DNA of 64,000 nucleotides, from positions 13,950,001-14,014,000 of the forward strand of contig OZ316776.1 in NCBI GenBank assembly GCA_973851085.1, in the 5' to 3' direction. Origin of the DNA: Ptychomitrium polyphyllum. Lineage: Eukaryota. Below, piece by piece: positions 10,617 to 23,103 of the stretch. Under the pieces are notes generated by a model. It saw nothing but the letters and a program-made list of their open reading frames with translations, was not told the DNA's origin and made no database searches. Each line of letters starts with the position of its first letter. Position 1 is the first letter of the stretch. The translations under genes were made by a program, and so were the position numbers.

Positions 10617-13600
10617 TGTTGCAAAGTGTGAAACATATAAAGTAATCCCAGTTGAAGTATCCTTGTGTAGACTTAGAGCATGATATGTTGCTAATGGTCA
10701 AAGGCGTGTGAGGAAAGAGGCTATAGGGGATATGGAGGCTAGGGTTAAGAAAAGGCAACAAGGGTTTTGTATGGCGGCTAGGGTTACGGCGGCCATTAGG
10801 GTTAGGGCGGCTGTTAGGGTTAGGGTGGCGGCTACGGCGGCTAGGGTTAGGGTTAGCCGCCACATGTCACTCATTTAGTGGTGGCAAATGCATGGCCGCC
10901 AAGTGGCACATTTTGGTGGATGACTCTCAAGTATAAGTAAAGGGGTTTTGGGAGTGGGAGTCATCTTGCTCCACACTTCTCTTGTTGCAACTTTGCTCTC
11001 TCTCTTATTGCTTGTTGTACTAGCTTTATTGCATTTCTTCAATAGGTTATGGGCCCACTCACACTTAGTTGTGCCTTTTGAAGTAGCTTGAGGTGTTTTG
11101 TAGTTGTTGTTCTTGTGTGGAGCAAGATCACTTCATTGTTATTGAAGATAGAGTTAGAAACGCCTAACTTTGAAGTTTTGCACATGTAGGTGCTTGGCTT
11201 GGTGTTTCTTGAGCTCTAGTAGGGTTGTGGTTGTTGAAACTCCTTGGATAGTGAGTTGCTTTGAGTGGTGATAAGACCTTGATAGTGTCTTTGTTGGATT
11301 CAAGCTTCCTAACACTATTTTGTTGTGCTTGGTGTTGTTGTCTTGTGAGTTCATGGATATGTGTGCTCATTGAGTGGACATAGTGAGTTGAAAGGTTTTT
11401 CTTGGGACTCATAGTTGTGAAGACTTGTGAGAAGTTTAGGAGTCAAGGAAATAGTTCGTTTGAAGGTTTGTTTTGTTACCTCTCTTCTTAAGCCATGGCT
11501 TCGAGTGAAGGTGAAGGTCTTAGGGTCATTCAAAAGTTTCATGGTGATAACTTCTACCAATGGAAGGTTAGGATGGAGCTCTCGTTGGCTTCTATGGACC
11601 TTTGGGACATCATAGATGAGAGTGAGGTTGCTCCACCATTGTCGGCAGATGCAAAGGAGAGGAAGGAGTTCCAGCGTCGTGAGAAGAAGGCTTTTGGCAT
11701 CCTTGCCACCAACCTTGATGATGCCAACTTCGCCCATATCATCTCTTGCACTGGACCAGCAGAAGCGTGGAAGACGCTTTGCAACATCTATGAGAGCAAG
11801 AACCTCTCCAACATCATCTTCACAAAGAGGAAGCTCTTGAACTGCAAGATGGAAGAAGGCCACGACCTCATGGCGCATGTTAACAAGTTGAAGGCCCTTA
11901 CAAGGCAAGTTGCCATTGTGGACAAGCCATTGGACAAGTCGGATGTTGTGATTACATTGCTCATGAGCTTGCCGGAGTCCTATAGCTATCTCATAGTGGC
12001 CTTGGAGTCCATTCCCATCAAGGACCTCACCATGGACTATGTGACGGCGAGATTGAGCCACGAGGACACCAAGAGGAAGGAGAAGGCGAATTCAAGTGAG
12101 GACTCCGCCCTCTTCTCGAGGCAAGGCAAGGCCACCTATTCTAATCAACGTCCAAATCTTCGAACGTGCTTTGTGTGTGGAAAACCAGGTCATTTTGCTC
12201 GAAATTGCTTCAAGGCCAAGAAAGGAGAGAGGGAGGATGCCAACCATGTGATGGACCACCTTGGAGGTGGTGATTGTGCCTTCATGGCAAGCGAGGGGGC
12301 GCCTATGGCGGCCCTATCCAAGTGGATAGTTGATTCGGGCGCCACAAAGCACATGACTCCTTACAAGTGCTCATTCCATACTTATGAGGCAATTGCAGCC
12401 ACTAGTGTGCTCATGGGTGACAATGGCGTGGTGGAGGCCATTGGAATGGGTTCCATTGTGGTGGAGGTTGTTGTGGGAGGCAAGACCAAGAGGATCACCT
12501 TCAAGGACGTGCTGCATGTGCCAAAGATGAAGTCCAACCTCCTTTCGGTGAGCAAACTTGTAATGGGAGGGTTTGTGGCTCATTTCAATGTGAATGGATG
12601 TATTGTGAAGTCATTGAGTGGAGATGTGGTTGCCACGGGGTTGAGGGATGGCAACTTGTACTTCATCAAGTGTAAGAAGGTGAATGGAGTGGAGGTGGCG
12701 GCCTTTGCTGAGTTCATTGAAGACCAAGACAAGTTTGGCATATGGCATGGGCGCCTTGGGCACCTCAATGTGAAGGCCATGAAGGAGCTCCAAGGCATGG
12801 TAAGCGGCTTGGATCTCGGTACAACATGCCACAAGGCCAAGGAACTTGCTTGTGAGGCTTGCATCCAAGGCAAGCAGCAAAGGGCGTCGTTTCCAAGTGG
12901 AGTGGCAAGTCGTGCAAGCAAATTGTTGGAGATTGTGCATTCCGACGTGTGCGGGCCTATGAGAACTCCATCCATTGGGGGAGCAAGGTACTTCCTGACC
13001 TCCATTGATGATTATTCGAGGAAAGTATGGATGTTCATCCTCAAGGCCAAGAGCGAATGCTTTGCAAGATTCAAGGAGTTCAAGGCGCTTGTGGAAAAGC
13101 AATGTGAGTCCAAGATCAAGGTGTTGCGTTCGGATAATGGTGGTGAGTTCTTATCCAAATGTTTTGATGACTTGTTGAGGAGTGAAGGCATTGCAAGGCA
13201 AACCTCCACTCCATACACTCCACAACAAAATGGAGTTGCTGAGAGGGCAAATCGCACCATTGTGGAGATGGCGAGGAGCATGCTTCATGCCCAACATCTT
13301 GGACATGAGTTGTGGGCGGAAGCGGTGGTGAATGCGGTGTACACAAGAAATAGGTGCCCCACAAGTGCCCTTGCATCCATGACCCCCGAAGAAGCTTGGA
13401 GTGGTAAGAAGCCTTGTGTTTCACACATGAGGACCTTCGGATGCCTTGCATATGCAAAGGTTCCAGATTGCATGAGGTCCAAGCTTGATGCAAAGGGTAC
13501 AAAGTGTGTGTTCTTTGGTTATTGTGAGGGCAGCAAAGCATATAGGTTGATGTGTGTGGAGAGCAAGAAGATCATCAAGAGTCGTGATGTTGAGTTCTTG

Positions 13601-13968
13601 GAGCACAAGAGTGCTTGGGAGCACTTGGGGATGTGTCCAAGTGGGAGTAATGGTGTGATTGTGGACACATCCTCCACAACAACCAAGGAAGAAGGTGGAG
13701 ATGTGGATGGAGGTGAAGGAACAATGGAGGGGGAGAGCAAGGCGACTTCCACCCGTAAGACCAGCAGAGGAGCCTCACAAGATGATGGTGAGCATCTTCA
13801 TCCAAGTGAGGAGGATAATCCTGTAAGTGAAGGAGAAGGGGATGCATTACAAGAAGAGAGGCCTGCAATGAGTGGAAGGAGGTATCTCATGAGGGAGAGG
13901 AGGCTACTTGGTGAATGGTGGAAGAACCACATCTTTCCAGAAGTGACTGCAGAACATGCCAATGTTGC
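10617..13968 (+). mobile_element. Copia family A copy 2, 3'-truncated: LTR 10617-11041, PBS 11045, gag-PR-INT ORF from 11495
   Basis: Protein nearly identical to copy 1 up to ...AEHANVA, then it switches into inverted family B UTR. Confidence 0.95.
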
Positions 13969-14578
13969 CAATCAGCCTTCAATGGCTTCACATATGCATC
14001 CAAAGCACTCAAGCTCTCAAAGCACAAGCTTCAAATACTAACAATTTTCAATTGTGCACAAACGCACCTCACATGAAACTCAAATACAAAATGCAAAGCT
14101 TACAAGCCTACAACGATACTTCCACTGCACCAAACTTCTCCAAACGCCTCCAAATGGGAACTTGTGCACCACCAAAGCTTGTATCACCTCCAAGCACCTC
14201 CAAATCAGCCCTTGTGGCTCTCCAAATGCTCAAAGGCACCAAAATTGCACAAATGTACATGCAACAAAAGACTCTCAAGATGCTCGTCCAAACACTAACG
14301 CAATCAAATCTAAACTCACACAACAAGCATGTGTGGGCCCATAACCTATTGAAATACACAAAGTATGCGACTAATGCTTGGAACGAGAGTAATCATCCCA
14401 TTCCTTGCTCTGCCCTTTATTCTCTTCAAACGACATGAGTCATACAATCAATATGGGATAAATCTTCCACCCACTCCAAACAATATGGATTAATTCTAAT
14501 GCTCTTTAATTTAACTAATTACCTCTATCCTATACTAACTCTAAGACTACGAGTAATCTAATGCTCTATTCTCCAACA
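13969..14578 (-). mobile_element. Inverted copia B 5' end: LTR 14350-14578, PBS, 5' UTR
   Basis: Reverse complement of a 229-bp TGTTGGAG...TTTCA LTR, then ATAGGTTATGGGCCCAC. The UTR matches 2715-3090. Confidence 0.92.
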
Positions 14579-15452
14579 CATGGTTGGTACAAGGTTTGAT
14601 CTGGCAGTTTCGGTGAGTATTGTGAGCCAACACATGTCTAAGCCCGGCCCCATGCATTGGGCAAGCATCAAGAAAATCATGAGGTATTTGAAAGGCACCT
14701 TGGACTTTGTGTTGTGCTTAGGAGGTGACAATATAGAGTTGCAGGGGTTTTGCGATGCAGACTGGGCTAGAGATGCAAATGACAGGCGTTCCACAACGGG
14801 CTATGTGTTCTTTGTGGGAGTGGGAGCCATCTCTTGGAATTGCAAGAGGCAACCTACCATTGCAAGGTCAACCATGGAGGCGGAATACATGGCTGCAAGT
14901 CATAGTGCAATGGAGGCAATGTGGCTAAGGCAACTTTTGGAGGACATCGGACTTCTGCAAGTGGATGCAACGCCCATCATGTGTGATAACCAAGGATGTC
15001 TGGCGTTTGCCAAGAATCCCAAGCACCACTTAAGAACAAAGCACATTGACATTCAGCATCACTTCATAAGAGAAAAGATGGAGGATGGAGTGATAAATAT
15101 GAAGTATTGTGCAACGGAAGGAATGCTGGCAGATTTGTTTACAAAAGCATTGTTGAAGGATAGACACCACCTGCTGACAAGGTCACTTGGCTTACAAGCC
15201 TCGGACTACTTGCAAAGTGGGAGTGTTGGAGAATAGAGCATTAGATTGCTCGTAGTCTTAGAGTTAGTATGGGATAGAGGTAATTAGTTGAAATGGAGAG
15301 CATTAGAATTAACCCATATTGTTTGGAATGGGTGGAAGATTTATCCCATATTGATTGTAAGACTCATGTAGTTTGAAGAGAATAAAGGGCAGAGCAAGGA
15401 ATGGGATGATTACTCTCATTCGAAGCATTAGTCGCATACTTTGTGTGTTTCA
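14579..15452 (+). mobile_element. Copia B 3' end: RT end and RNase H (14580-15236), PPT 15214-15223, 3' LTR 15224-15452
   Basis: MVGTRFDLA...DADW...RTKHIDIQHHFIRE, PPT AAAGTGGGAG, and a 229-bp LTR. Confidence 0.93.
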
Positions 15453-15543
15453 ATGGGTTATGGGCCCTCCACGCTTCCGCTGCGCAGCTGAAGCGTGGTG
15501 GGTCCATAATCTATTGAAATACACAAAGTATGCGACTAATGCT
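15424..15543. repeat. 120-bp near-perfect palindrome: LTR B end + antisense tRNAiMet 5' half + sense tRNAiMet 5' half + inverted LTR B end
   Basis: Centre TGC|GCA at 15483/15484. The arms are reverse complements with a handful of mismatches. Confidence 0.95.
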
Positions 15544-15609
15544 CTTCATTTCAAGTAATTACCTCTATCCCGTACTAGGATTACTTTATATATTTCACAC
15601 TTTGCAACT

Positions 15610-16795
15610 GTTCATGCTTTCATAAATGTTGCAAAGCATGTTCCACGCTTCTGCTCGTCCTATGCAAGAGATGATATGGGCAAAGTTGGCATCATTAAGG
15701 TTGGTGGCAAAGATGCCAAAAGCCTTCTTCTCACAACGTTGGAACTCCTTCCTCTCCTTTGCATCCGCCGACAATGGTAGAACAACCTCACTCTCATCTG
15801 TGATGTTCCCATGGTCCAAAGAAGCCAACGAGAGCTCCATCCTAACCTTCCATTGATAGAGGTTCTCACCATGAAACTTTTGAATAACCCTCAAACCTTC
15901 GCCTTCACTCAAAGCCATGCCTTAAGAAGAGAGGTAACAAGCGAACCTTCAAACAAACTATTTCCTTGACTCCAATGCTTCACACAAGTCTTTACAACTA
16001 TGCGTCCAAAGACAAGCCTTTCAACTCAGTATGTGCACTCAATAAGCACACGTATCAAAGAATTCACAAGCCAACAATACCAAGCACAACAAAATGGTGT
16101 TAGGGAGCTCGAATCCAACAAAGACACTATCAAGGTCTCATCATCACTCCAAGCAACTCACTATTTAAGGAGTTTCAACAACCATTACCCTACTAGCGCT
16201 CAAAAAACATCAAACCAAGCACCTACATGTGCAAAACCTCAAAATTAGGCATTTCTAACTCTATCTTCGATAACTTTGAAGTGATCTTGCTCCACACAAG
16301 AACAACAACTTCAAATATTGCAAGCTTTTTCAAAAAGCACAACTAAGTGTGAATGGGCCCATAAACTATTGAAGAAATGCAACAAAGCTAGTACAACAAG
16401 CAAGAAGAGAGAGAGCAAAGTTGCAACAAAAGAAGTGTGGAGCAAGATGACTTCCACTTCCAAAATGCCTTTACTTATACTTGAGAGTCATCCACCAAAG
16501 TATGCCACTTGGCGGCCATGCATTTGCCTCCACTATATGAGTGACATGTGGCAGCTAATCCTAAATCCTAGCCGCCGTAGCCGCCACCCTAACCCTAACG
16601 GCCGCCCTAACCCTAATGGCCGCCCTAACCCTAGCCGCCATACAAAACCCTTGTTGCTTTTTCTTAACCCTAGCTTCCATATCTCCTACGGCCTCTTTTT
16701 TGATACTCTTTTTACTATTAGCAATATATCAAGCTCTAGTCTTACACAAGGAAATTTCAACAAGGATTATTGTATATATTTCACACTTTGCAATA
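15610..16795 (-). mobile_element. Older inverted copia A 5' end: LTR 16370-16795, PBS, UTR, gag start (ATG 15918)
   Basis: MALSEGEGLRVIQKFHGENLYQW... is a diverged copy of the A gag. The LTR reverse complement aligns to 4473-4897. Confidence 0.9.
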
Positions 16796-16809
16796 ATATT
16801 TGTTATTTG

Positions 16810-18200
16810 ATGTATTTGAAAAAAAATATTAGGAAAAAGAAATAATTAAAATGTAAAAGGATTGTGGTCAATCCACAATTTTCATTTGTCTTGGAAGTGA
16901 AAGCACATCTTGTCTTAGCTCAGGATAATTAGGCCGGTTGACTGTAGTTTTTTCTGCCTACCGTTTTTGCTAGTAGTATTAAGTCAAGTGCTGCCGTTTT
17001 ATTTAATGAATCCGACAAGAATCAAACATAGACCGGTTCAGCAGCTGGAACTTATTTAGTCAACCAAGTTCATGACTTGGTGTTTGATCCTATCTTGAAA
17101 ATGATTTTATTCTTAACTTGTTTCTTGTTGAATTTCAATCTTTTTCTCACTTTCTTTAATTTATTTTAGTTATTTAGTTTCTATTTTAGACTTGTGAAAG
17201 TTGATTTTAACTTATTAGTAGTTGAAACCTATATTTCAACCCAAAAATAAAAATAATAAATAATAAATAATAAAAAATTGAGGTTGTTTTTATTTGAAGA
17301 TATGGTTTGATAAAGGTTTGATAAAGGAGATTAGGGGCTGATGTAGAGAGATATAACTGATGTGAAGTGATAAGGGGCGGATGTGGCGGTTTGACCACCG
17401 CCTTCTTCTTCACTCTCAATCTCTCCCATTAGACTAAGAAGATAGCCCTTCTTGGAGTAAGATCTCATAATATATTTCTTAGTTTGAATTGGTTTTTATT
17501 GGATTTTGTTTTTTTCTTTGTAAACTTTCTAAAAAGTTATCACAAGCTCCATTTGAAATTAGTATGTGGTTGAAGTTTTAGTTTGAGTAAAAGTTAAGTT
17601 AGTTGCCTTGAGTTTCTGGAGACAACTATTTGAATGTTTGTAACTTCTTGTAAAAACATCTTTTGTAAGAAAAAGGTTCTAATTACTTTGAAAAGATGTT
17701 ATCAAAATTTGGTGAGCATTGAACTTCTTGAGCAAAAGAAACAAAGAAAAATGCAATTGGAACTTAGAGGGCAGTGTATAGTAGAATTTGGAGTTGCACA
17801 ATTTGGATCATTGTAGATGATTGAAGGAATTTCTAAGGTTGATCTTTTGACAAGGTGTTTATTATAAGATATTTATTATGTATAAAAATTTTGAATATTA
17901 AATATGCGATAGAAGCAGAGTTATGAAGTGGTAAAGTGATAGAGGTATAGAAACTATAGCAATGAAGAATGTAAATTTTGAAGTTATAGATCTTAGAAGG
18001 TGCTAAGGTTTTGGCAACCAAAATTTATATATAGCTTAATAAATGTGTTAAGAATATTTTGTTAAAATTTTAGGTGCTTTGGATTAGTTTGCTAGAGGTT
18101 ATGACACATTTAGCATTTGGAATTTTCAAAGCAGCGTATAGAAAAAATTTGGAATAGAGTATTTGCTTCATTGGATATTAGAAATAGAAACTCTTCATGC
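16810..18200. repeat. Decayed dispersed repeat, probably retrotransposon internal sequence; second copy at about 49800-51000
   Basis: Colinear direct similarity, for example AACCAAGTTCATGACTTGGTG and GGTTTGACCACCGCCTTCTTCTT in both copies. Confidence 0.75.
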
Positions 18201-18449
18201 ATCTTGACTTTAATCAATTAGATGCTAAAAAAGACCCTATGTTTCTTATAGCTACCTCTTTTACCACGACACCGCTAATAGTCCATCAACTACCATTATG
18301 AATACACTGTTAGACACAACGGTCTTTACAACCAAATAAGAATGGATATCTACTAAAGAGAAATATCTTTAAATTGGTAAGTTTTTCAAAGATTATACTC
18401 CCAAATATTGCAACGCTTGGATTTCACAATTATTCCATTCCAATTCATT

Positions 18450-19110
18450 AATAACAATCTCTACTGCTAAAACAAAGATCTCATCTTTTATTGCTATATT
18501 TTCCGTACTGCGGTATAAATGATTCTTACCATACTCCATAATGGCACATGCGGTGGACACTTTTCAATTAACATCACCATCCTAATGATCTGCATAGCTG
18601 ATGATTCAGAGTCCACCTTATATAAAGATACTTTCAACCATTGTCAAACTTATTCTTTATTGTTTATGTATCGATAATCTTACAAAATCAACCACCAACA
18701 AACTTTTTGCATTTCTACCGGCTAAGCCTTTCATGAAACGGGGTCTTAATTTTATTGAATCTCTTCCACGCATCCAATATCATGGTAATTGGTGTATCCT
18801 TCTTGCTATTTGATTATGCTACCAAGTGAGTAGAAGGCATAGTGTTATGTGGCAACCCGGCCTTAGAAACCTTTTGGTTCCACTATGAAACCATCTTTAC
18901 TCGCTTTGGTTGCTTCCTCTATATTTTCAGCAATTGAAGAGTAGATTTCAACAACATGGTATTTCAAATGCTCATGGAACATTTTTTGATCAAATACACA
19001 ACATCCACAACATACTATCTTCAAGATAATGGCCAAGCCAAGTCAACCAACAAAATTATCATTGAAATGCTACAAAAACTCATAAACAATCATAGTACCA
19101 ACTAGGATAT
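18450..19110 (+). pseudogene. Decayed Ty3/gypsy integrase fragment
   Basis: HNGTCGGHFS, GLNFIESL (WGLDFIGPL-like), DYATKWVE-like, and STTYYLQDNGQAKSTNK, with stops and frameshifts. Confidence 0.75.
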
Positions 19111-19640
19111 CTCATTTTAAAAGGTTCTTTTATGGAGAGTTGGAGATGGTCTAAGGATATATAAAGACCTTATAAAGGTAACAATTTTAAAACCATAATT
19201 TTTTTAAAAATATGTAGGAACATTCATTTCAATGAAGAATCTTTTACAAATTTAAAGCAATCTTCCTTCTGAATTCCCCTATATGGAGAAAAGTACCAAA
19301 TATCAAAACAGATAAAGTGTTTGTATAATAATAATATGTTTGTAAATAGAAAGATAACACATTAATACTGGGTGTTACAGGAATGGCTCAGACGAGTCGG
19401 GCAGCACCGCATGGGAAAAAAAGGTGAAGCAACAGTGTCCAAACGAAAGACGCGAAGGCCGTGAGCAAGTAGGGAGTGGGGGAGGGGCGGAGGACACCAC
19501 GCTTGGTTGCTTGGTTGTTTTGTTTTTGTTTGTGTGTGTTTGTATACGAGAGAAAGTCTGCAGCAATCGCACTTAGGGTTTCGCTCGCCATCGCGCCCTC
19601 TGCCGTGCTTCGTCCGCGCTTATGCCCGCTCACCCTAGCC

Positions 19641-21995
19641 ATGGCCGCTGCTGTCTCCGCTCTCGGCGGGGAGGTAACTCTCCCCAGCTCGTTGCTTTGC
19701 TTTACTTTTCTTTGCTTGGCATGCCTCTTTCTCTCGTCTCATCAATATGCCTTTACTCTGCCTTGTGCTTCGGATTCTGCAGCTTGGATTGCGCTTACTG
19801 CTCACGCCAGCCGCTTCGCATGTCATTGTAAGAACTGCCTGGTACGCCCTCATCTTCCTCCTTCCTTCTTTCAATTCTTAATTCTCAATTCTCACCATGC
19901 TGCTTGCGGATCGTCATGGCTTGTCGCATCAGGACGTTACGCACTCAGCGTTTCCAGGGGCTGTTTTGGGGGAGGGGCATCTTTTTATGTTCTTTGCACG
20001 GTGGACTCTTTTCGTCGGCGCTTCACGCGCGTATGACATACCTTTCCTGACGTCGTCCTTGTGGTTTTGTATTTGGCAGTACTGTGGTCGGCATCGGATT
20101 CCCTATCTACTCTACTCACAAAGCAATCGAGAGCAATAATCATACTGAACAAGAAGAGTGGCTTGTTTATTGGGCAGGTATTTACATGACGGTTCTCTCC
20201 GACTCTCAAATTGGCAAGGAAATGCACTTCTTTTGCACGTCATCATTTAGTATTTAACTTCCGGTGTCCTTGTCCACCATTGCTGTCTCTTTGGAAAGAA
20301 TTGCTGAGTTTTCAGGTCACTATTGGACGGGGATTTTTACTTTTTCAATTTTATTTATTTGTTTTTTGTTTCTGAACACTGATGTCATTTACGTCAAGAT
20401 CGACATCGTACAATGTGGTGAATTATTTGTTGATGGGACTAAGCAAAGTTATATACTCTGCTCTTGCTTCTCCAAGTCATAGGGCACATGAATAAGCATG
20501 TTGTTCGAAGTAGGCTCACTTTGATAGACATAGGTGAGCCTTTTGTATTCACCGCTGCAATAATCGGTATCTTAGTTGTGATTGATGTTGTGATTGATAG
20601 AGATTAATAGGTTGTCTTTGATGCCCTATTTGAGAGTGGGACGTTGGGAAGGAAAGGCACATGCTTTTACTCTGCTGATTTTTATTGTGGAGTATGCAGC
20701 CTATGGATGCTTCAGTGTGGCGGAAGTTTTTTCTGACAAGCTTTTGTCTTGGTAAGTGTTTCTAATTTCTATAGTATATCCAATGTATGTTGCTATAGTT
20801 TTTTGAGGTAGGTTTCACAGATGTGACGCCGATGTGCAAATGAGTGCCGGAATGTTGACGAGTTGGCACAAAGCTGAACTGCTTTTTTTGGAGTTATGCA
20901 GGTGTCCCTTCTACTATCACGCAAAGTTTGTGTTTCTAGTGTGGCTTCAGCTCCCGAAAAATTACGTATGCTTTATTAACTCTTTTAACCAAGACTTAGT
21001 GAATGTGACCATCGTCGTAACTTTTAAGTGTTTTCAGTACTCTGATGTTAGTCATTTGCGGCAAACTGGAGCATTGCTGACGTATGTTGACTTCTTGATT
21101 TGAAGTCGTGCAGCATAAATGGAGGCTCTTCTTGGTGTATGTAAACGGGATATTTCGATAAATTATTCTTTAGTGCTTGATTGTTTTGCCGGCTTCGTAT
21201 TGGCATTGCTGGTGTATTTACCTGCATTTAGGTAGCGAATATGATCAAGTGTTATCTTGGTCATGTCCAGGGAGCTCGACATTTGTACACAAATCTCCTA
21301 CGCCCACTGCTACTGAAACATCATATCAGACTTGATCGTATTGTGGATGGCACTCGCAATGAGATGGTACGGCAACTTGCTTCATTGTCAGTTGTTTTTC
21401 AGAAACATTTCATGAACTTGGGAGCAGTTCCATATGTTCAGGATTGTTAACGCTCCATGGATATTGTTCAACCCGAGTCGAAACAGCAGCTGATTCCTGC
21501 TGTGGTATGCATATTCGCTTTTAGTTCACTGAACGTTTGAAGTTAGTTAATTTTCTGGTGTTAATGTGTTAAAATTTTGGTGTGAATGCAGAACAAGTTT
21601 ATTGTTAAGCACCAACACGAAGTGCAAGCACTGCAACGGATGCTCAAGAAGTTCTCCATCCTAGGCACGTGTCATTTTTCTTTAAAAAAAATCACTCCTA
21701 GACGTGTGCATTGCAAGGAAGTCCAGCCGTTTTTTAACATGTCATGTGTTTCTGGTTGTATGGATAAATGAGTAATTTGAATGATTATGATCTGGGTGCA
21801 GTGTATCAAGCCGCACAGGATGTTCTGCAATCTGCAAGAGCTTTAGAGGGTGGAGCAAGTCCAGTGGGAACCAGGTCCAGTCAAGAGAGCACTACACCAC
21901 CACCACCGGCATCACCAAGTGACTCAGCGTATGACGAAAGTACTGATGATGCTGGATGGATCTATACCGACCATCCACGACAGTCAGATCAGTGA
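19641..21995 (+). CDS. HVA22K: HVA22-like protein k (TB2/DP1/REEP family), 8 coding exons
   Basis: Spliced reading: MAAAVSALGGE|LGLRLLLTPAASHVIVRTAC|TVVGIGFPIYSTHKAIE...WLVYWA|AYGCFSVAEVFSDKLLSW|CPFYYHAKFVFLVWLQLPKNY|GARHLY...EM|NKFIVKH...|VYQAA...SDQ*. Resembles recalled Arabidopsis HVA22k. Confidence 0.92.
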
Positions 21996-23103
21996 ATTGT
22001 GACAAGCCTGGTTGGCACCAAGTATCTGATTTAATAGTTTTTGTAGTTTTTGTCCAGTTTCTTCTCAGCTCTTTTGTAGCTGTTGCGGAGTGGGTTCTTC
22101 AATTATCCGTCAAGCTAGTGTACTTCTCCTTACAAGAATTAGAGGTAGAAACTTGATTCGACTTTTTTCAACAAATTCGTGGTATCTTCGGTTAGACCCG
22201 GTTTTCATATCAATGAAGGGGTTACGAAATGGTTTGATAGAGACGCTAACATCGGAATCGCTCGTAGTCTTCAGCTAGGTTGGAGTTATCAAAACGGGTA
22301 ATTGACAGGATTTAGGTTCAGCTTTAGATGTAAATAGGAACTGAGGTTGGATGTGCTTTTTCATCTGTTCCTTGTTGGACTAGTTCAGATCCTTCTCAAC
22401 ACTGAGTGGGAAGTGTGGTAATTTTTACAAGCCCCTATTGTACTTTTCCACAATTACAATCTGCCTATTGTCTTCTGGAAGAGCATTAACGTACTGAAAG
22501 TGATGACAATAAAAGGAAAGTAGAATCTCACCTTCTAATCGCTCAGTCTACTGTATACGTTACGAATTCATGCGTATCTAGAAAGTTGATGAGCACTAAA
22601 AATCAAGTTGACCATGCAAATTCTGATGAACCTGAAAGATCAGCTATACGAAGCAAATTGAAGAGTCAGGCAATTCAGTTATCTGGAAGGTCTCATCAGA
22701 AAGTAAAGATGCGGGCATCAAGTACCCAAGAAATAAGAATTTCATGAACAAAAATATATAGAAACAGTACTTCTGCTCGAATAGATCTGTAATATGGTTA
22801 GAGTTCTCACCATTGCCAAGAATGAAGCACTTAAGGGCTGACTTACGAGTGTAAAACCTGTTCAGTCTCAGAGCCAGTGTAATTGTACTGGAAAATATAA
22901 TCCTGTTGCTGTATTTAGAACAGCAGATAAAAAAGATGTGCTTTCCGATATACCTCAATATAGCACCTGGAAATTGATCACTAATACCTGAATCTGTACG
23001 AAGTACTTATTACATATTGATTCTGCCGAGTTCACCCTTAGAGACAGCTGCAACAAGACGCTTTGCCAATATTGAGAATACAGCATAATAGTACATCTGA
23101 ATA

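Noticed and set aside
15454..15512. tRNA-Met gene
   Set aside because: Only the 5' half is present, with no acceptor stem, T arm or B box. It is a primer-derived copy.
2153..16800. A single outer element with a TSD enclosing the whole nest
   Set aside because: The flanks TTTAT and ATATT do not match, so it cannot be supported.
16318..16845. 175-aa ORF with PNPNGR repeats, and similar ORFs at 4504, 4554, 9432 and 10567
   Set aside because: These are antisense readings of LTR A across the CCCTAA repeats, with inconsistent starts and stops between copies.
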